This document shows positions 37,325 through 48,042 of a DNA stretch of 64,000 nt, piece by piece. The DNA is taken from positions 84,241-148,240 of the forward strand of contig CAVPOU010000004.1 in NCBI GenBank assembly GCA_963707125.1, given 5' to 3'. A model generated the notes under the pieces. The model was not told where the DNA came from and did no database searches. It saw only the letters and a list, made by a program, of their open reading frames with translations. This stretch comes from an uncultured delta proteobacterium (GTDB lineage: Bacteria > Desulfobacterota > DSM-4660 > Desulfatiglandales > HGW-15). Numbering within the stretch: position 1 is the stretch's first letter; the number at the start of each line of letters is the position of its first letter. The position numbers and the translations under genes were made by a program.

Positions 37325-40300
37325 ATGGTCAAGTACTTCATCCACCGCCCCGTCTTCGCCATCGTCATCGGACTGATCATCCTCATCGCCGGGGGGCTCG
37401 CCATCCTGGCCCTGCCGACCTCCCAATACCCGCCCATCAGCCCTCCCACGGTCACCGTGGAGACCTTTTTCGTGGGGGCCAGCGCCCGGGTGGTCGAGCA
37501 GAACGTGGCCATCCCGATCGAGCAGGAGGTGAACGGGGCCGAGAACATGCTCTACATGTCCTCGAGCAGCACCAGCGACGGCCGCTACCGCCTCGTCTGC
37601 ACCTTCGCCGTGGGGACCGACATCGATATCGCCCAAGTCGACGTGCAGAACCGCGTGAGCCGGGCCGACAGGGCCCTGCCCCCCGAGGTCATGAATTCGG
37701 CATTTCGGTCCGGAAAGCCTCGCCGGACATGCTGATGGTCCTTTCCCTCTTCTCCCCGGAGGGGACCTACGACGACCTGTTTCTCAGCAACTTCGCATCC
37801 CTGAACATTTTCGACCACATCGCCCGCATCTACGGTGTGGGCGACATCGCCATCGTGGGAGAGCGCGAGTACGCCATGCGCCTTTGGGTCCGGCCCGACA
37901 AGCTGGCCGGCCTGGGGCTCACGGCCCGGGATGTCGCCCAGGCGGTGCAGGACCAGAACATCCAGGCCCCCTCCGGCCAGGTGGGCCAACCGCCCGCCAC
38001 AGCCGGGTTGAGCCGGCAGGAGAGCGTGGAGGTTCGGGGGCGCCTGACCGAGGCGGAGGAGTTCGGGAACATCATCGTCCGTGCGCGCCCCGACGGCTCG
38101 ATCCTGCGGGTGCGGGACGTGGCGAGCACCGAACTGGGCGCCCGGAGCTACACCTCGTTCTCCCGCCGGGCCGGACAGCCGGCCACGACCCTGGTGATCT
38201 ACCAGCTCCCGGGAGCCAATGCACTCGACGTGGCAAGCAAGATCCGGGCCTTCATGGAACAGACCAGCCGCAGCTTTCCGCCGGGCCTCGAGTACGAAGT
38301 CTCATATGACAACACCTTGTTCGTTCGGGTTGCACTCCAGGAGGTGGTCTTCACCCTGTTCAAGGCCCTGGGACTGGTGATGCTGGTGGTCTTCGTCTTT
38401 CTCGGGAACTTCCGCGCCACGCTGATCCCCTGCCTGGTGGTGCCCATCCCCATGGTGGGCACCTTCGCCGCCTTCGCGGCCCTGGGATTCTCCATCAACA
38501 CCCTCTCGCTCTTCGGCCTGGTGCTGGCAATCGGCTCGGTGGTGGACGACGCCATCGTGGTGGTGGAAGCGATCAAGGCCCACATGGCGAAAGGCTTGAG
38601 TCCGCTGGAGGCCACGGAGAAGTCCATGGACGAGGTCACCCGACCGATCATCGGGGTGGCCTGCGCGCTGCTGGCGGTCTATGTGCCGGTGATTTTCCTG
38701 GGGGGCATCGTCGGCCAGCTCTACCGGCAGTTTGCACTCACTCTCTGTTTCGCCGCGCTGCTCTCGATTCTCGTCTCCCTGACCCTTACCCCGGCCCTGT
38801 GCGTCAAGATCCTGCGCGCCAAGAAGAAGGAGGGGGGGCTTCTCAACGCCTTCAACCGCGGGTTCAATCGGCTGTTCGACGCCACCACCTCCGGCTACCT
38901 CAAGGGGATTCAATTCCTGATGCGCCGCCTGATCCTGGCCCTGGTGCTGTTGGCGGCGGTCTACTTCGGGGCCGGCCGTCTCCTGCAGACCCTGCCGGGG
39001 GGACTGGTGCCCGATGAGGACCAGGGGGTGGTTTTCGCCACTTTCAACCTGCCGCCGGGGGCCACCCTGGAGCGCACCGACGCGGTCTTGTCGCGCGCGG
39101 AGCGGTTTGCAGCCGAGGTCCCGGGCATCCGGACGGTGCTTGGCTGGGGCGGCTTCAACCTCATGACCAGCTCTTTCAGCTCCGACGCCGCCACCCTGGT
39201 CATGACGCTCGCCCCGTGGGGAGAACGGACCTCCCCGGAGACCCAGCTCGTTGCCATCATGCAGGGCCTGAGGCGGGAGTTCGCCGACTATCCCGAGGCG
39301 CGGGCCTTTGTCTACTCCCTGCCCTCCATTCCCGGCATGGGCAATGTCAGCGGCTTCCAATACATTCTCCAGGACCGGGCCGACCACACCCCGGAGGAGC
39401 TCTTCCAGAGGGCCCAGGAGATGGTGGCCGCCAGCGCCGCAGAGCCTGCGATCGGCGTCCTGTTCAACACCTTCCAGGTGAACGTGCCGCAGGTTCAGCT
39501 GGAGATCGACCGGGAAAAGGTCCAGACCCTGGGGATCCCCTTGAGAGGCGTGCTCGAAGGCTTGCAGCTTTACTTGGGCGGTTTCATGATCAACGACTTC
39601 AACCAATTCGGCCGGGTCTTCAGGGTGATGATCCAGGCCAAGCCCGAATTCCGCCAGGGGCCCGAGGCCATCGGCGACATCTACGTCCGCAACACGGCCG
39701 GCAAGATGGTGCCTCTCAGCACGCTGGTGAAGATCAACGCGCAAAGCGGCCCCATCCACATAAACCGCTACAACATGTTTCGCGCGGCGGAGCTCTCCGG
39801 CCAACCGGCCCCCGGCTTCAGCTCCGGTCAGGCCATCGCCGCCATGGAGCGACTCTCCGAGACCCTGCCCCGCGGCTTCGGCCACGAATGGACGGGCCTC
39901 GCCTTCCAGGAGAAACTGGCCGGCGGCCAGGCCGTTTACATCTTCGCCTTTTCCGTGCTCTTCGTCTTCCTGGTGCTGGCGGCGTTGTACGAGAGCTGGG
40001 CCATCCCCATCGGGGTGCTCCTGGGGCTGCCGATCGCCGTTTTCGGCGCCTTTCTCGGGATCTGGTTTCGGGGGTTTGCGAACGATGTGTACGTGCAGGT
40101 CGGTATCGTGATGCTGATCGGTCTCAACTCCAAGCTCTCGATCATGATCGTGGAGTTCGCCAAGAACAAGCGGGACCTCGAAGGCTTTACAACCTTCGAC
40201 GCTGCAACGGAGGGGGCCAAGCTGCGCTTCCGGGCCGTCCTGATGACCGCTCTGGCGGAAGTCTTCGGCCTGATGACCCTGGTGCTCTCCTCCGGTGCCG

Positions 40301-40488
40301 GCGCCGCGGCCCGCACGTCTTTGGGCACCGCCGTCGTTGCCGGCATGGCCACCGCCACCGTGCTGAGCCTCTTTTTTATTCCGGTGCTTTACTACGCGGT
40401 TCAGACCCTGGTGGAGAAGATCAAGGGGCGCCCGCAGGTTCCCATCGACCTGACGGCGGCGGCATCGCGGCCGGCCGGCGAGCCGTGA
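37325..40488 (+). pseudogene. RND (AcrB/HAE1-type) inner-membrane efflux pump, one frameshift near 37694-37704
   Basis: ORF 37325..37735 (MVKYFIHRPVFAIVIGLIILIAG..) and ORF 37729..40488 are collinear with AcrB. ..PPEVMNS|GISVRKASPDMLMVLSLFSP is restored by a 1-nt shift. Confidence 0.8.
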
Positions 40489-40499
40489 AGGGGGATGTC

Positions 40500-41961
40500 A
40501 TGAAACGGTTTGTTTTCCTTTTGACCGGCGTTTGTCTTCTCGGCGGATGCCTCGCCCCGCCTTATGACCGCGCCCCGGGGGATGTGCCCGCCAGCTACCG
40601 GTTTCAGCCGCTCAAGGGGGAACCTCAACCGGAGCTCGCCTCCCTCGCCGACCTGGCGTGGTGGGAGATGTTCGACGACCCGGCGCTGCAGGGGCTGATC
40701 GCTGCCGCCCTGGCGCAGAACTACGATGTCCGCCTCGCCCTGGCCCGGGTGGCCGATGCGCGGGCCCTGGCGGGGGTGAGCCGCTCGTTTCTGATGCCCC
40801 AGGTGGGCGGCGTCGCCCGCTATCAGCGGCAGCGGGTCAGCCGGAGCAGCGTCGAGCCGCCCATCCCCTCAAGCGCCGATACGCCGGACAACTTTGCCCA
40901 GTTCAACTTCGACCTCTTCTGGGAGATCGACCTGTTCGGGCGCCTGCAGAACTTGAACGAGGCCGCCCAGTCGCTGTTCTTCGCTTCCGAGTGGGGGCAA
41001 CAGGCCGTGCTGTCGGCCGTGGTGGCTGATGTGGCGAGGGCCTACTTCGAGCTGCGCACCCTGGACTTTCAGCTCGAGATCTCCCGCGCCACCCTGGAGT
41101 CCTTCGAACGTTCGCGCCGCCTGGTCATGCTGCGGGTCCGGCACGGTCTGGTGTCCCGTGAGGAGCTGGCTCAGGCCGACGCCCTGGTCCATACCGCTGG
41201 CGCCCGGATTCCCGATCTGGAGCGGCTGATCGCGCAGAAGGAGAACCAGATCAGCATCCTCTTGGGGAACAACCCTCAGCCAATCCGCCGCGGCAAGTCC
41301 CTGCCCGAATTGGCGGTGCGACCGACGGTCCCGGCCGGGCTGCCCTCCGACCTCTTGGAGCGGCGGCCGGACATCCGCCAGTCCGAGGCGGTGCTCGATT
41401 GCCGCCAACTACCGCATCGGCGCGGCCCGGGCCAACTTCTTCCCCCGGATCGCCCTCACCGGCCAGGGCGGGACCCAGAGCGTGGACCTCTCGCTCCTGT
41501 TCACGGGAGCATCCACCTTCTGGAACATCGGCGCGATCGCCACCCTGCCCATCTTCACCGGGGGGTTCAACTACTTCACCCTCCAGGCCACCTATGCCCA
41601 GAAGGAGCAGGCCCTCACCCTGTACCAGTCCACCGTACGCCAGGCCTTCCGGGAGGTCTCGGACGGGCTGGTGGCGCATGCCCGATTCCAGGAATTCCTG
41701 TCGGAGCAGCAGGCGCTGGTCGAAAGCTACCGGGAATACGCCGTTCTCGCCAACACGCGCTTCAAGGGGGGGCTCGAGTCCTTCCTGTCGGTGCTCGATT
41801 CGGAACGCCAGCTGTTCGGCGCCAAGCTCGACCTGGCGGCGGTGCAGCGCGACCGGCTCCTCACCCTGGTGCAGCTCTATAAAGCCTTGGGAGGCGGCGC
41901 GGAGATCATTCGCGAACCTCACGCCGCGGGGAACGCCGCAGCCCTCTGCGCGACCCGATGA
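40500..41961 (+). pseudogene. Outer-membrane efflux factor lipoprotein (NodT/OprM family), one frameshift near 41391-41403
   Basis: MKRFVFLLTGVCLLGGC lipobox. ..RRPDIRQSEAVL then changes frame to ..AANYRIGAARANFFPRIALTGQGG.. (ORF 41482..41961). Confidence 0.8.
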
Positions 41962-41993
41962 CCGGTGCTGCCGGCCGACCGCATAGCGTTGGT

Positions 41994-42299
41994 CGTTGGG
42001 GGTCGGGCCGCGGCAAGTCCTTGATAATGAGATGAATAGTGCTGAGTCGAACCCCTGAATCCGGCCAATAGTGCATTTTTTGAGGCCAAAAAGCCCTTAT
42101 TGCTGAGAGTCCATGGCCAGAGCAAAACGACATTATGTTCCGGGCTACATTTGGCATATCACCCATCGATGCCATAAACGAGAATTCCTGACTATAAGCC
42201 TCTTTTCAAGGATGAAAACGAGGATATAGGTTTGGAAAACGCCCACCTCTGGGACCTTAATGCCGAATAATCAAGCACATGCCGTGGCCCGCCCCCCCC
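41994..42299 (+). mobile_element. 306-bp miniature element derived from a Y1 (IS200/RAYT-like) transposase gene, copy 1
   Basis: TIRs GGGGTCGGGCCGCGGCA / TGCCGTGGCCCGCCCCCC. The interior keeps only the first ~26 codons MARAKRHYVPGYIWHITHRCHKREFL, then a stop. Confidence 0.6.
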
Positions 42300-42485
42300 A
42301 CATGGGGTATCCACGCCTCCCACGTAGAACATGACATCGACGTCGCCCCGCCGCAGCGCGGCCAGCGCCTCGGGTCCGTTGAGCGGCACCCGGGGCGTGG
42401 AGCCCACATCGAGCCCATTCGCGACCAGCAGGGGTTCGGTGGAGGCATGGGTGCCTGTCCCCGGACCGCCGTTGGAGATCCGGCG
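42300..42485 (-). pseudogene. Fragment of a periplasmic solute-binding protein gene (TAXI/NMT1-like)
   Basis: The - strand reads ..ISNGGPGTGTHASTEPLLVANGLDVGSTPRVPLNGPEALAALRRGDVDVMFYVGGVDTP. It is cut on both sides by repeat elements. Confidence 0.35.
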
Positions 42486-42494
42486 CCCTCCCGC

Positions 42495-42589
42495 CAGTCA
42501 CTTCAGAAAAGGCCCATCCCTGTCCGACGGGTGGCTCGTTGCAAGAGATCCCTTTTGTGTAAGCCCATGTAAACACTTTTGAACGTTAC
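42495..42589. repeat. Family 3 repeat, right-end fragment
   Basis: cagtcact.c.gaaaaggccc..cctgtccga...taagcccatg.aaacacttttgaacgttac matches the right ends of 45644-45905 and 55732-56044. Confidence 0.6.
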
Positions 42590-42765
42590 CAAGGGCTTGG
42601 TTCGACACTCGATGAACCCCTGTTCTTCTTGAGCGAACGTTTTCTCTGCGCATGTGGCTCTGTGGTGAAAGATGGCTTTTCCGGTCTGCGGCGATTTAGG
42701 AGTTGCCATAAGTGCTGTTGTCAGATATACTTGTTTATCAAAACTGATAATCAAGTGTCTTTGTC

Positions 42766-43371
42766 ATGGACTACAAACGGTTTCTGAAAATTGAGAAACT
42801 CTCTTTCTCCCATGAAGACGTCGCCGACCTTCTAGCAATCAAGAAGGAGTCGGCTGCCGTCCTCTGCGCTCGGTACGTGAAGAAAGGGTTGCTCACGAGG
42901 CTCAAGAGGGATGTCTACGTGCGCACCGAAACCCTCGGCCATTTGAGCACGATGGATCTCTTCCGAATTGCGAATCTTCTCCAGGTGCAATCTTATGTTT
43001 CCCTGATGACCGCCCTTTCGCACCACGGGGTATCCTCCCAGGTGCAGAGGGGATTTGTAGAATCTGTCTCCATGAAGAGAACAACAGCATTCGACCGAGG
43101 GGGAATAGCTTTTCACTACCTCAAAGTCAGCACGGCGCTGTACGGTGGTTTTGTTAAAGATCAGGGGGCTTTCATTGCCTCCCCCGAGAAAGCTCTGCTC
43201 GATGCCGCTTACCTCTCTTCCATGGGCCGCTATGCCCTGGACGTGGCTTCCCTTGACCTGAGCAAGCTTGACCGGAAGAAGCTTGTTCGTCTGGCCGCCA
43301 ATCACCCTTCAAAGACAAAGAAATTCCTGGAGCGAATCTATGAAGAGACTCGAAGACCACGAGAGCTTTGA
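42766..43371 (+). CDS. AbiEi-like antitoxin / wHTH regulator
   Basis: 201 aa. N-terminal ..FSHEDVADLLAIKKESAAVLCARYVKKGLLTRLKRDVYV fits the AbiEi N-terminal pattern. It overlaps the downstream NTase gene by 32 nt. Confidence 0.65.
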   Translation: MDYKRFLKIEKLSFSHEDVADLLAIKKESAAVLCARYVKKGLLTRLKRDVYVRTETLGHLSTMDLFRIANLLQVQSYVSLMTALSHHGVSSQVQRGFVESVSMKRTTAFDRGGIAFHYLKVSTALYGGFVKDQGAFIASPEKALLDAAYLSSMGRYALDVASLDLSKLDRKKLVRLAANHPSKTKKFLERIYEETRRPREL

Positions 43372-43705
43372 GATGACTTTTCTCAACCGACTCGCTTCTA
43401 ATCGCCTGACAGGTTCCCTTGTGTTTGGCGGAGGAACGATGCTCAGGCTCTGCCACGAGCTGCCGAGGTATTCCCTGGATCTCGATTTCTGGTTTTACAA
43501 GGAGACCGACTTCAGCGATTTCTTCAGAAGTCTGCAAGATGCCGCGTCGCCGGCGTATGAGATTACAGATGCCCAGGAGAAATTCCACTCACTCCTGTTG
43601 GAAATGAGGAGAGTCAGAGGAACGACGAAACTGAAAATTGAAGTCCGCAAGAAGGTCGCACCCTCTGGTAGCTCAGAGCAGAAGATCGCTTATTCGCCCC
43701 ATTAG
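43340..43705 (+). CDS. AbiEii/AbiGii-family nucleotidyltransferase toxin, short (probably C-terminally truncated)
   Basis: ..LVFGGGTMLRLCHELPRYSLDLDFWF is the family's GGTAL..R.S.DLDF motif. At 121 aa it is shorter than the usual >200 aa, and a hairpin repeat follows the stop. Confidence 0.6.
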   Translation: MKRLEDHESFEMTFLNRLASNRLTGSLVFGGGTMLRLCHELPRYSLDLDFWFYKETDFSDFFRSLQDAASPAYEITDAQEKFHSLLLEMRRVRGTTKLKIEVRKKVAPSGSSEQKIAYSPH

Positions 43706-43859
43706 GACACAGATTAACGCGGATTTATTGGATTAAAAAAAAATAAAACATCTGTGCTCATCCGTGTCCAGAAGATTTCTCTGCGTTTCTCTGTGACTCT
43801 AGCGACCGCAGGGAGCGGGCGTGAGACATGGGATTTCTGTGCGATTTGGAGAGGCGGGG

Positions 43860-44282
43860 TCAGCCCGAGAACTTCAGAGTCGCCAGAAACAGATCCGGAG
43901 TTGTGGCGGGGATTTCCGACTTCTTATAGTCGCCGATATTTCTTGTTATAATGAATTCAGCGGCCACTTCCTTTGCCGCAGCAAACTGAACGGCATCCTC
44001 AAAATCGGTGATTTTAGACTCCAGCGCCAAACGGAGAGTGGATTCTTTTACAGGAGCAATCCGAAAGACAGAAAGTAAATCGGAAACGCAACTCTTAGCG
44101 AACTCCTTGCCCCTGGCTTTTGCAACGAGGTAGAAAATGGTGGTTACGGTGTGGGCGGCCAAATACGCTCTGGCGTGCCCGTTTTCAATTTCCGCCCACA
44201 GCCTTGCTGCGGAGGCGTAGAAGGGTTCTCTTTTTGCCAAGACATCAAGGATGACATCTATGTCGACAAGGATTGTTTTCAC
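43860..44282 (-). CDS. PIN-domain toxin (VapC-like)
   Basis: 140 aa. MKTILVDIDVILD..DFEDAVQFAAA..IITRNIGDY carries the PIN acidic residues. Confidence 0.85.
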   Translation of the reverse strand: MKTILVDIDVILDVLAKREPFYASAARLWAEIENGHARAYLAAHTVTTIFYLVAKARGKEFAKSCVSDLLSVFRIAPVKESTLRLALESKITDFEDAVQFAAAKEVAAEFIITRNIGDYKKSEIPATTPDLFLATLKFSG

Positions 44283-44515
44283 AGGTACTTGCTTTCAAGA
44301 TGGTCGTGGTATTTCTTCACAGAAGCCTCGTCTTCCTTAAGAATGCCTGTCAATTTGTTCAAAATGGGCGGCATCTCTTCCGGTAGCTTCTTAGAGGCGG
44401 CAAGGGAATCAAAAAAGACGGACACCGCCTGGGAAAGCGACAAGCCCCTCTTCCTTGCCCAAGCTTTGGCAAATCGGATGGTTTCGTCATCGACACTTAA
44501 CGTGAGTTTTGACAT
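44279..44515 (-). CDS. Antitoxin partner of the PIN toxin (DUF6364-like)
   Basis: 78 aa. MSKLTLSVDDETIRFAKAWARKRGLSLSQAVSVFF. It overlaps the PIN start by 4 nt. Confidence 0.6.
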   Translation of the reverse strand: MSKLTLSVDDETIRFAKAWARKRGLSLSQAVSVFFDSLAASKKLPEEMPPILNKLTGILKEDEASVKKYHDHLESKYL

Positions 44516-44790
44516 TTTGCCTCACCCCCCAGAAGAAATACGTATAACTATTTTAGCGCTATACGTGAGAATGTCAACCACCAAAACCTGCGTCTCTCGG
44601 AGCCGAAGTGCCTAAAGTTGGAAAAGAGAAGGAAAAGACAGGAGATCTCTCGCAGAGCTCCTAGAGGCCACAGAGAAAGCTATTAGACAGGATTATCAGG
44701 ATTACTGTTTTCTGAAATGCAAAGACCAACCATCTTGTTGATCCTTTCGATCCTGTCTAGAGAAGCTGTCGTATTGTCGTTGTCGTTGAG

Positions 44791-45096
44791 CGTTGGGGGT
44801 CGGGCCACGGCAAGTCCTTGATAATGAGATGAATAGTGCTGAGTCGAACCCCTGAATCCGGCCAATAATGCGTTTTTTGAGGCCCAAAAACCCGTTATTG
44901 CAAAGTCCATGGCCAGAGCAAAAAGACATTATGTTCCGGGCTACATTTGGCATATCACCTATCGATGCCATAAACGAGAATTCCTGACTATAAGCCTCTT
45001 TTCAAGGATGAAAACGAGGATATAGGTTTGGAAAACGCCCACCTCTGGGACCTTAATGCCGAGTAATCAAGCACATGCCGTGGCCCGACCCCCCAC
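44791..45096 (+). mobile_element. Y1-transposase-derived miniature element, copy 2 (direct repeat of 41994-42299)
   Basis: Same TIRs (GGGGTCGGGCCACGGCA / TGCCGTGGCCCGACCCC, perfect here) and the same truncated MARAKRHYVPGYIWHITYRCHKREFL ORF. Confidence 0.6.
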
Positions 45097-45171
45097 CCGA
45101 ATGACAGAAAAGGGCGTCTTCCGACTTTTTGCGAGTTCATCAATTATTGGGCCGTTAATAAGATGCCCGGC

Positions 45172-45618
45172 TCAACCGGAATAGGCCGCCACGCTGTAAA
45201 GCGGCACGATCCACCGCTGGAAAATGGTGATGAGCGCAAAGATGCCGATGATCAGCAGGATCAGCGAAATGATTTTTGCCAGCGGCCTGGATTCGCCGTA
45301 GGTGAACTGGCCGGACTGGATCTGCTTGACGAGCTTCACATGCTGAATGACTCCTCCGAGGATGCAGATCATCCCGAGAACGATGAAGCTCATCCCGAAC
45401 CAGAGCGGGGCATGGATCTGGTCGATAAACCGTCCGGTCGTCTCCATCTCATCCATCTCGATATATTCGTAGGACTTGGCGATGGCGAAGCCGAACGCGA
45501 TCAGGGAGATGGCCGTTCGGATCCAGGCCATGAGGGTCCGGTCGTAGGCCGCCCGGTTGCGCTCCTTGGCGAGCTCATTGGTGAGATTCACCTTTACCTC
45601 ATTTTCGTTTGCCAGCAT
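45172..45618 (-). CDS. DUF202 (YidH-like) membrane protein
   Basis: AAGGAGG lies before ATG 45618. ..ERNRAAYDRTLMAWIRTAISLIAFGFAI.. and 3 TM segments. The longer ORF to 45654 runs into the family 3 repeat. Confidence 0.8.
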   Translation of the reverse strand: MLANENEVKVNLTNELAKERNRAAYDRTLMAWIRTAISLIAFGFAIAKSYEYIEMDEMETTGRFIDQIHAPLWFGMSFIVLGMICILGGVIQHVKLVKQIQSGQFTYGESRPLAKIISLILLIIGIFALITIFQRWIVPLYSVAAYSG

Positions 45619-45643
45619 GTGTCCGCCTCCTTCAAACTGATTA

Positions 45644-45905
45644 GTGACGTTCAAAAGTGTGTGTATGGGACCGAGCTATCTGGACAGGGCTGGCACCTTT
45701 TCCTGCGTTCCAAGGGCTCCTGGGCTGGTGGCACGGACAAGCTTTGCTTGTCCGTGATAACACTGGCTCTGTTCTTTGCTCTCACGGACAAACGAGTTTG
45801 TCCGTGCCACCAGAGTCACTCCGGAATAGGTGCCAACCCTGTCCGATGTTCGGCTGGCCGCATGAGATGTATTTGTAAGCCCATGCAAACGCTTTTGAAC
45901 GTTAC
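45644..45905. repeat. Family 3 MITE-like element, full copy (262 bp)
   Basis: TIR GTGACGTTCAAAAGTGT / GCTTTTGAACGTTAC. Sub-terminal inverted GACAGGGCTGGCACC / GGTGCCAACCCTGTC. Internal hairpins are built on GGTGGCACGGACAA. Confidence 0.7.
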
Positions 45906-46035
45906 CAACTGATTCATTCCTCTTCGCGTCACGGTGAGCAGGGCCATTTATTAACCGGCTCGAATCTAAATTGACATGGAGCCTCCCGGTGCCGCGCACT
46001 CGGAAACGCACGGCACAGGGAGGCTCCGGTTCGGG

Positions 46036-47577
46036 TTAGTCGATGTTCAACGCCTGCTCCATCTTCTTCAGCACCTGGTCGATGCCGAAGCTCGCCGGCT
46101 TCATGCGCGGCGGGAACTCCTTGAAGGTTTCAAGGAAATTCTTTACGATAAACTGTGCGGCATAGGTCAGGTAAGCCCGGTCAATAAGCCAATCCCAGTA
46201 GGTGTTGGAGGTGATATCCGCCCGCTCGAAGGGGTCGGTGCGCAGGTTGAATATCTTGGGGATGCGCAGGTGGGTGAAGGGTTCCGCCCAGATCATGACC
46301 GTGCCCACGCAGCGCTGCTCGGCGAAGACGAATTTCCAGTTGTTGTAGCGCAGCCCGACCAGGTCCCCGTCATCCGAGAAGTAGACGAACCCGGGACGCG
46401 GCCCTTTCTCCTCCTTGCCCGTGAAGTGGGGCAGGAAGTTGTACCCGTCCAGGTGGACCTTGAACGTCTTGTCCCCGATCCTGTGCCCTTTCTTGAGCTT
46501 CTCGCCGATCTCCGGCTCGCCGGCCGCGGCCAACAAGGTCGGCAGCCAGTCCTGGTGGGCGATGATCTCGTTTGAGACCGTGCCGGCCTTGATCTTGCCG
46601 GGCCAGCGCACCATCATCGGCACCCGGAAGGCGCCCTCCCAGTTGGAGTTCTTCTCGTTGCGGAAGGGGGTCATGGCGCCGTCGGGCCAGGTGTTCATGT
46701 GCGGGCCGTTGTCGGTCGAATACATCACGATCGTGTCCTTGGCGATGCCGAGCTCGTCCAGGAGGTCCAGCATCTGGCCCACGTGCTTGTCGTGCTCCAC
46801 CATGGTGTCATGGTAGAAGGACTGCCAGCGCCCGGCCTGGCCGAGGATCTCCTTCGGCGGGTGGATGCGGAAGTGCATCCAGGTGGTGTTGAACCACACG
46901 AAGAAGGGTTTGTCCGCCTTGTGGGCCTGCTTGATGAAGTCCTTGGCCGCGCCGACGAACTCGGTGTCGCAGGTCTCCATGCGCTTCTTGGTGAGGGGCC
47001 CGGTATCTTCGATCTTCTGCTTGCCGACGCGACCCCAGCGCGGTTGCTCGGTGGGGTCGTCCTTTTCGGTCGCCCAGGAGTGGATGACGCCGCGGGGCCC
47101 GAAGGATTTCTTGAAATCGGGCAGCTCCGCGTCCGTCGGGTAGTCCACGTTTTCCGGCTCCTCCTCGGCGTTGAGGTGGTAGAGGTTCCCGAAGAACTCG
47201 TCGAAGCCGTGGGCCGTGGGCAGGTACTTGTTCTTGTCGCCGAAGTGGTTCTTGCCGAACTGGCCGGTGGCATAGCCCAGCGGTTTGAGCAGCTCGGCGA
47301 TGGTGGCGTCCTCGGCCTGCAGGCCGATGTCCGCGCCGGGCATCCCCACCTTGGTCAGGCCGGTGCGGTAGGGGCTCTGCCCGGTGATGAAGGCGGCGCG
47401 GCCGGCCGTGCAGCTCTGCTGGCCGTAGGAGTCGGTAAAGCGCATGCCCTCGTTGGCGATGCGGTCGATGTTGGGGGTGCGGTAGCCCATCAACCCCTCG
47501 CTGTAGCAGCTCAGGTTGGTGATGCCGATGTCATCCCCCCAGATGATGAGAATGTTGGGTTGCTTCTGTTTTGCCAT
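46036..47577 (-). CDS. Arylsulfatase (formylglycine-dependent sulfatase family), intact
   Basis: 513 aa. AAGGAGG RBS. NILIIWGDDIG..QQSCTAGRAAFITG (CxAxR FGly motif)..GKNHFGD. Confidence 0.9.
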   Translation of the reverse strand: MAKQKQPNILIIWGDDIGITNLSCYSEGLMGYRTPNIDRIANEGMRFTDSYGQQSCTAGRAAFITGQSPYRTGLTKVGMPGADIGLQAEDATIAELLKPLGYATGQFGKNHFGDKNKYLPTAHGFDEFFGNLYHLNAEEEPENVDYPTDAELPDFKKSFGPRGVIHSWATEKDDPTEQPRWGRVGKQKIEDTGPLTKKRMETCDTEFVGAAKDFIKQAHKADKPFFVWFNTTWMHFRIHPPKEILGQAGRWQSFYHDTMVEHDKHVGQMLDLLDELGIAKDTIVMYSTDNGPHMNTWPDGAMTPFRNEKNSNWEGAFRVPMMVRWPGKIKAGTVSNEIIAHQDWLPTLLAAAGEPEIGEKLKKGHRIGDKTFKVHLDGYNFLPHFTGKEEKGPRPGFVYFSDDGDLVGLRYNNWKFVFAEQRCVGTVMIWAEPFTHLRIPKIFNLRTDPFERADITSNTYWDWLIDRAYLTYAAQFIVKNFLETFKEFPPRMKPASFGIDQVLKKMEQALNID

Positions 47578-47676
47578 GTGTTGCCTCCTTGGTTGAGTGT
47601 TTGAACGTCCGTGATCGCGTTAGTCAGGGTTTAGGCAGCATGCGCGCCGCCAGATGAAACCATTGATCCGTTTGTG

Positions 47677-47890
47677 CTATCGAGCTACCTCTTCGATATC
47701 CGGCAATTGCCAGCTCCTATCGAAGTAAGATTCTGTCGGTGCATAGAGACGCAAATATGCAAACCAACCTTTTCCCGGAACAGTCGGTATCCAGTTCTTT
47801 TCAAGACCCTTGGGTGGTTCAGGGCCAAAATAGAGATCCACCGAGCCATCTTCGTTCTTGACAAGATCCATTCGGGAATCGAGCCCGGCA
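47677..47890 (-). pseudogene. C-terminal remnant of a DUF1254/DUF1214-family gene
   Basis: ..GLDSRMDLVKNEDGSVDLYFGPEPPKGLEKNWIPTVPGKGWFAYLRLYAPTESYFDRSWQLPDIEEV aligns with the C-termini of the genes at 57969, 59475 and 61046. The N-terminal ~400 aa are absent. Confidence 0.6.
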
Positions 47891-48042
47891 ATAGGGGCAA
47901 CGCCGCATTGGCGCCGATGCAGGCGGCGCCAACGCCGCCCATCACCCGCCGCAGGCCTTCTGTGCACCATAACCAGCTAACTTCGGCCGTCGGTCTGCAT
48001 GGGCGTTGTTAGCTGGCAGAACCACCGTCGCCCATCCACGAG

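Noticed and set aside
42112-42230. A functional IS200/RAYT-type transposase gene (and its twin at 44909-45027).
   Set aside because: The frame stops after ~38 codons, and only the first ~26 resemble the Y1 transposase N-terminus. The HUH and catalytic Tyr regions are absent.
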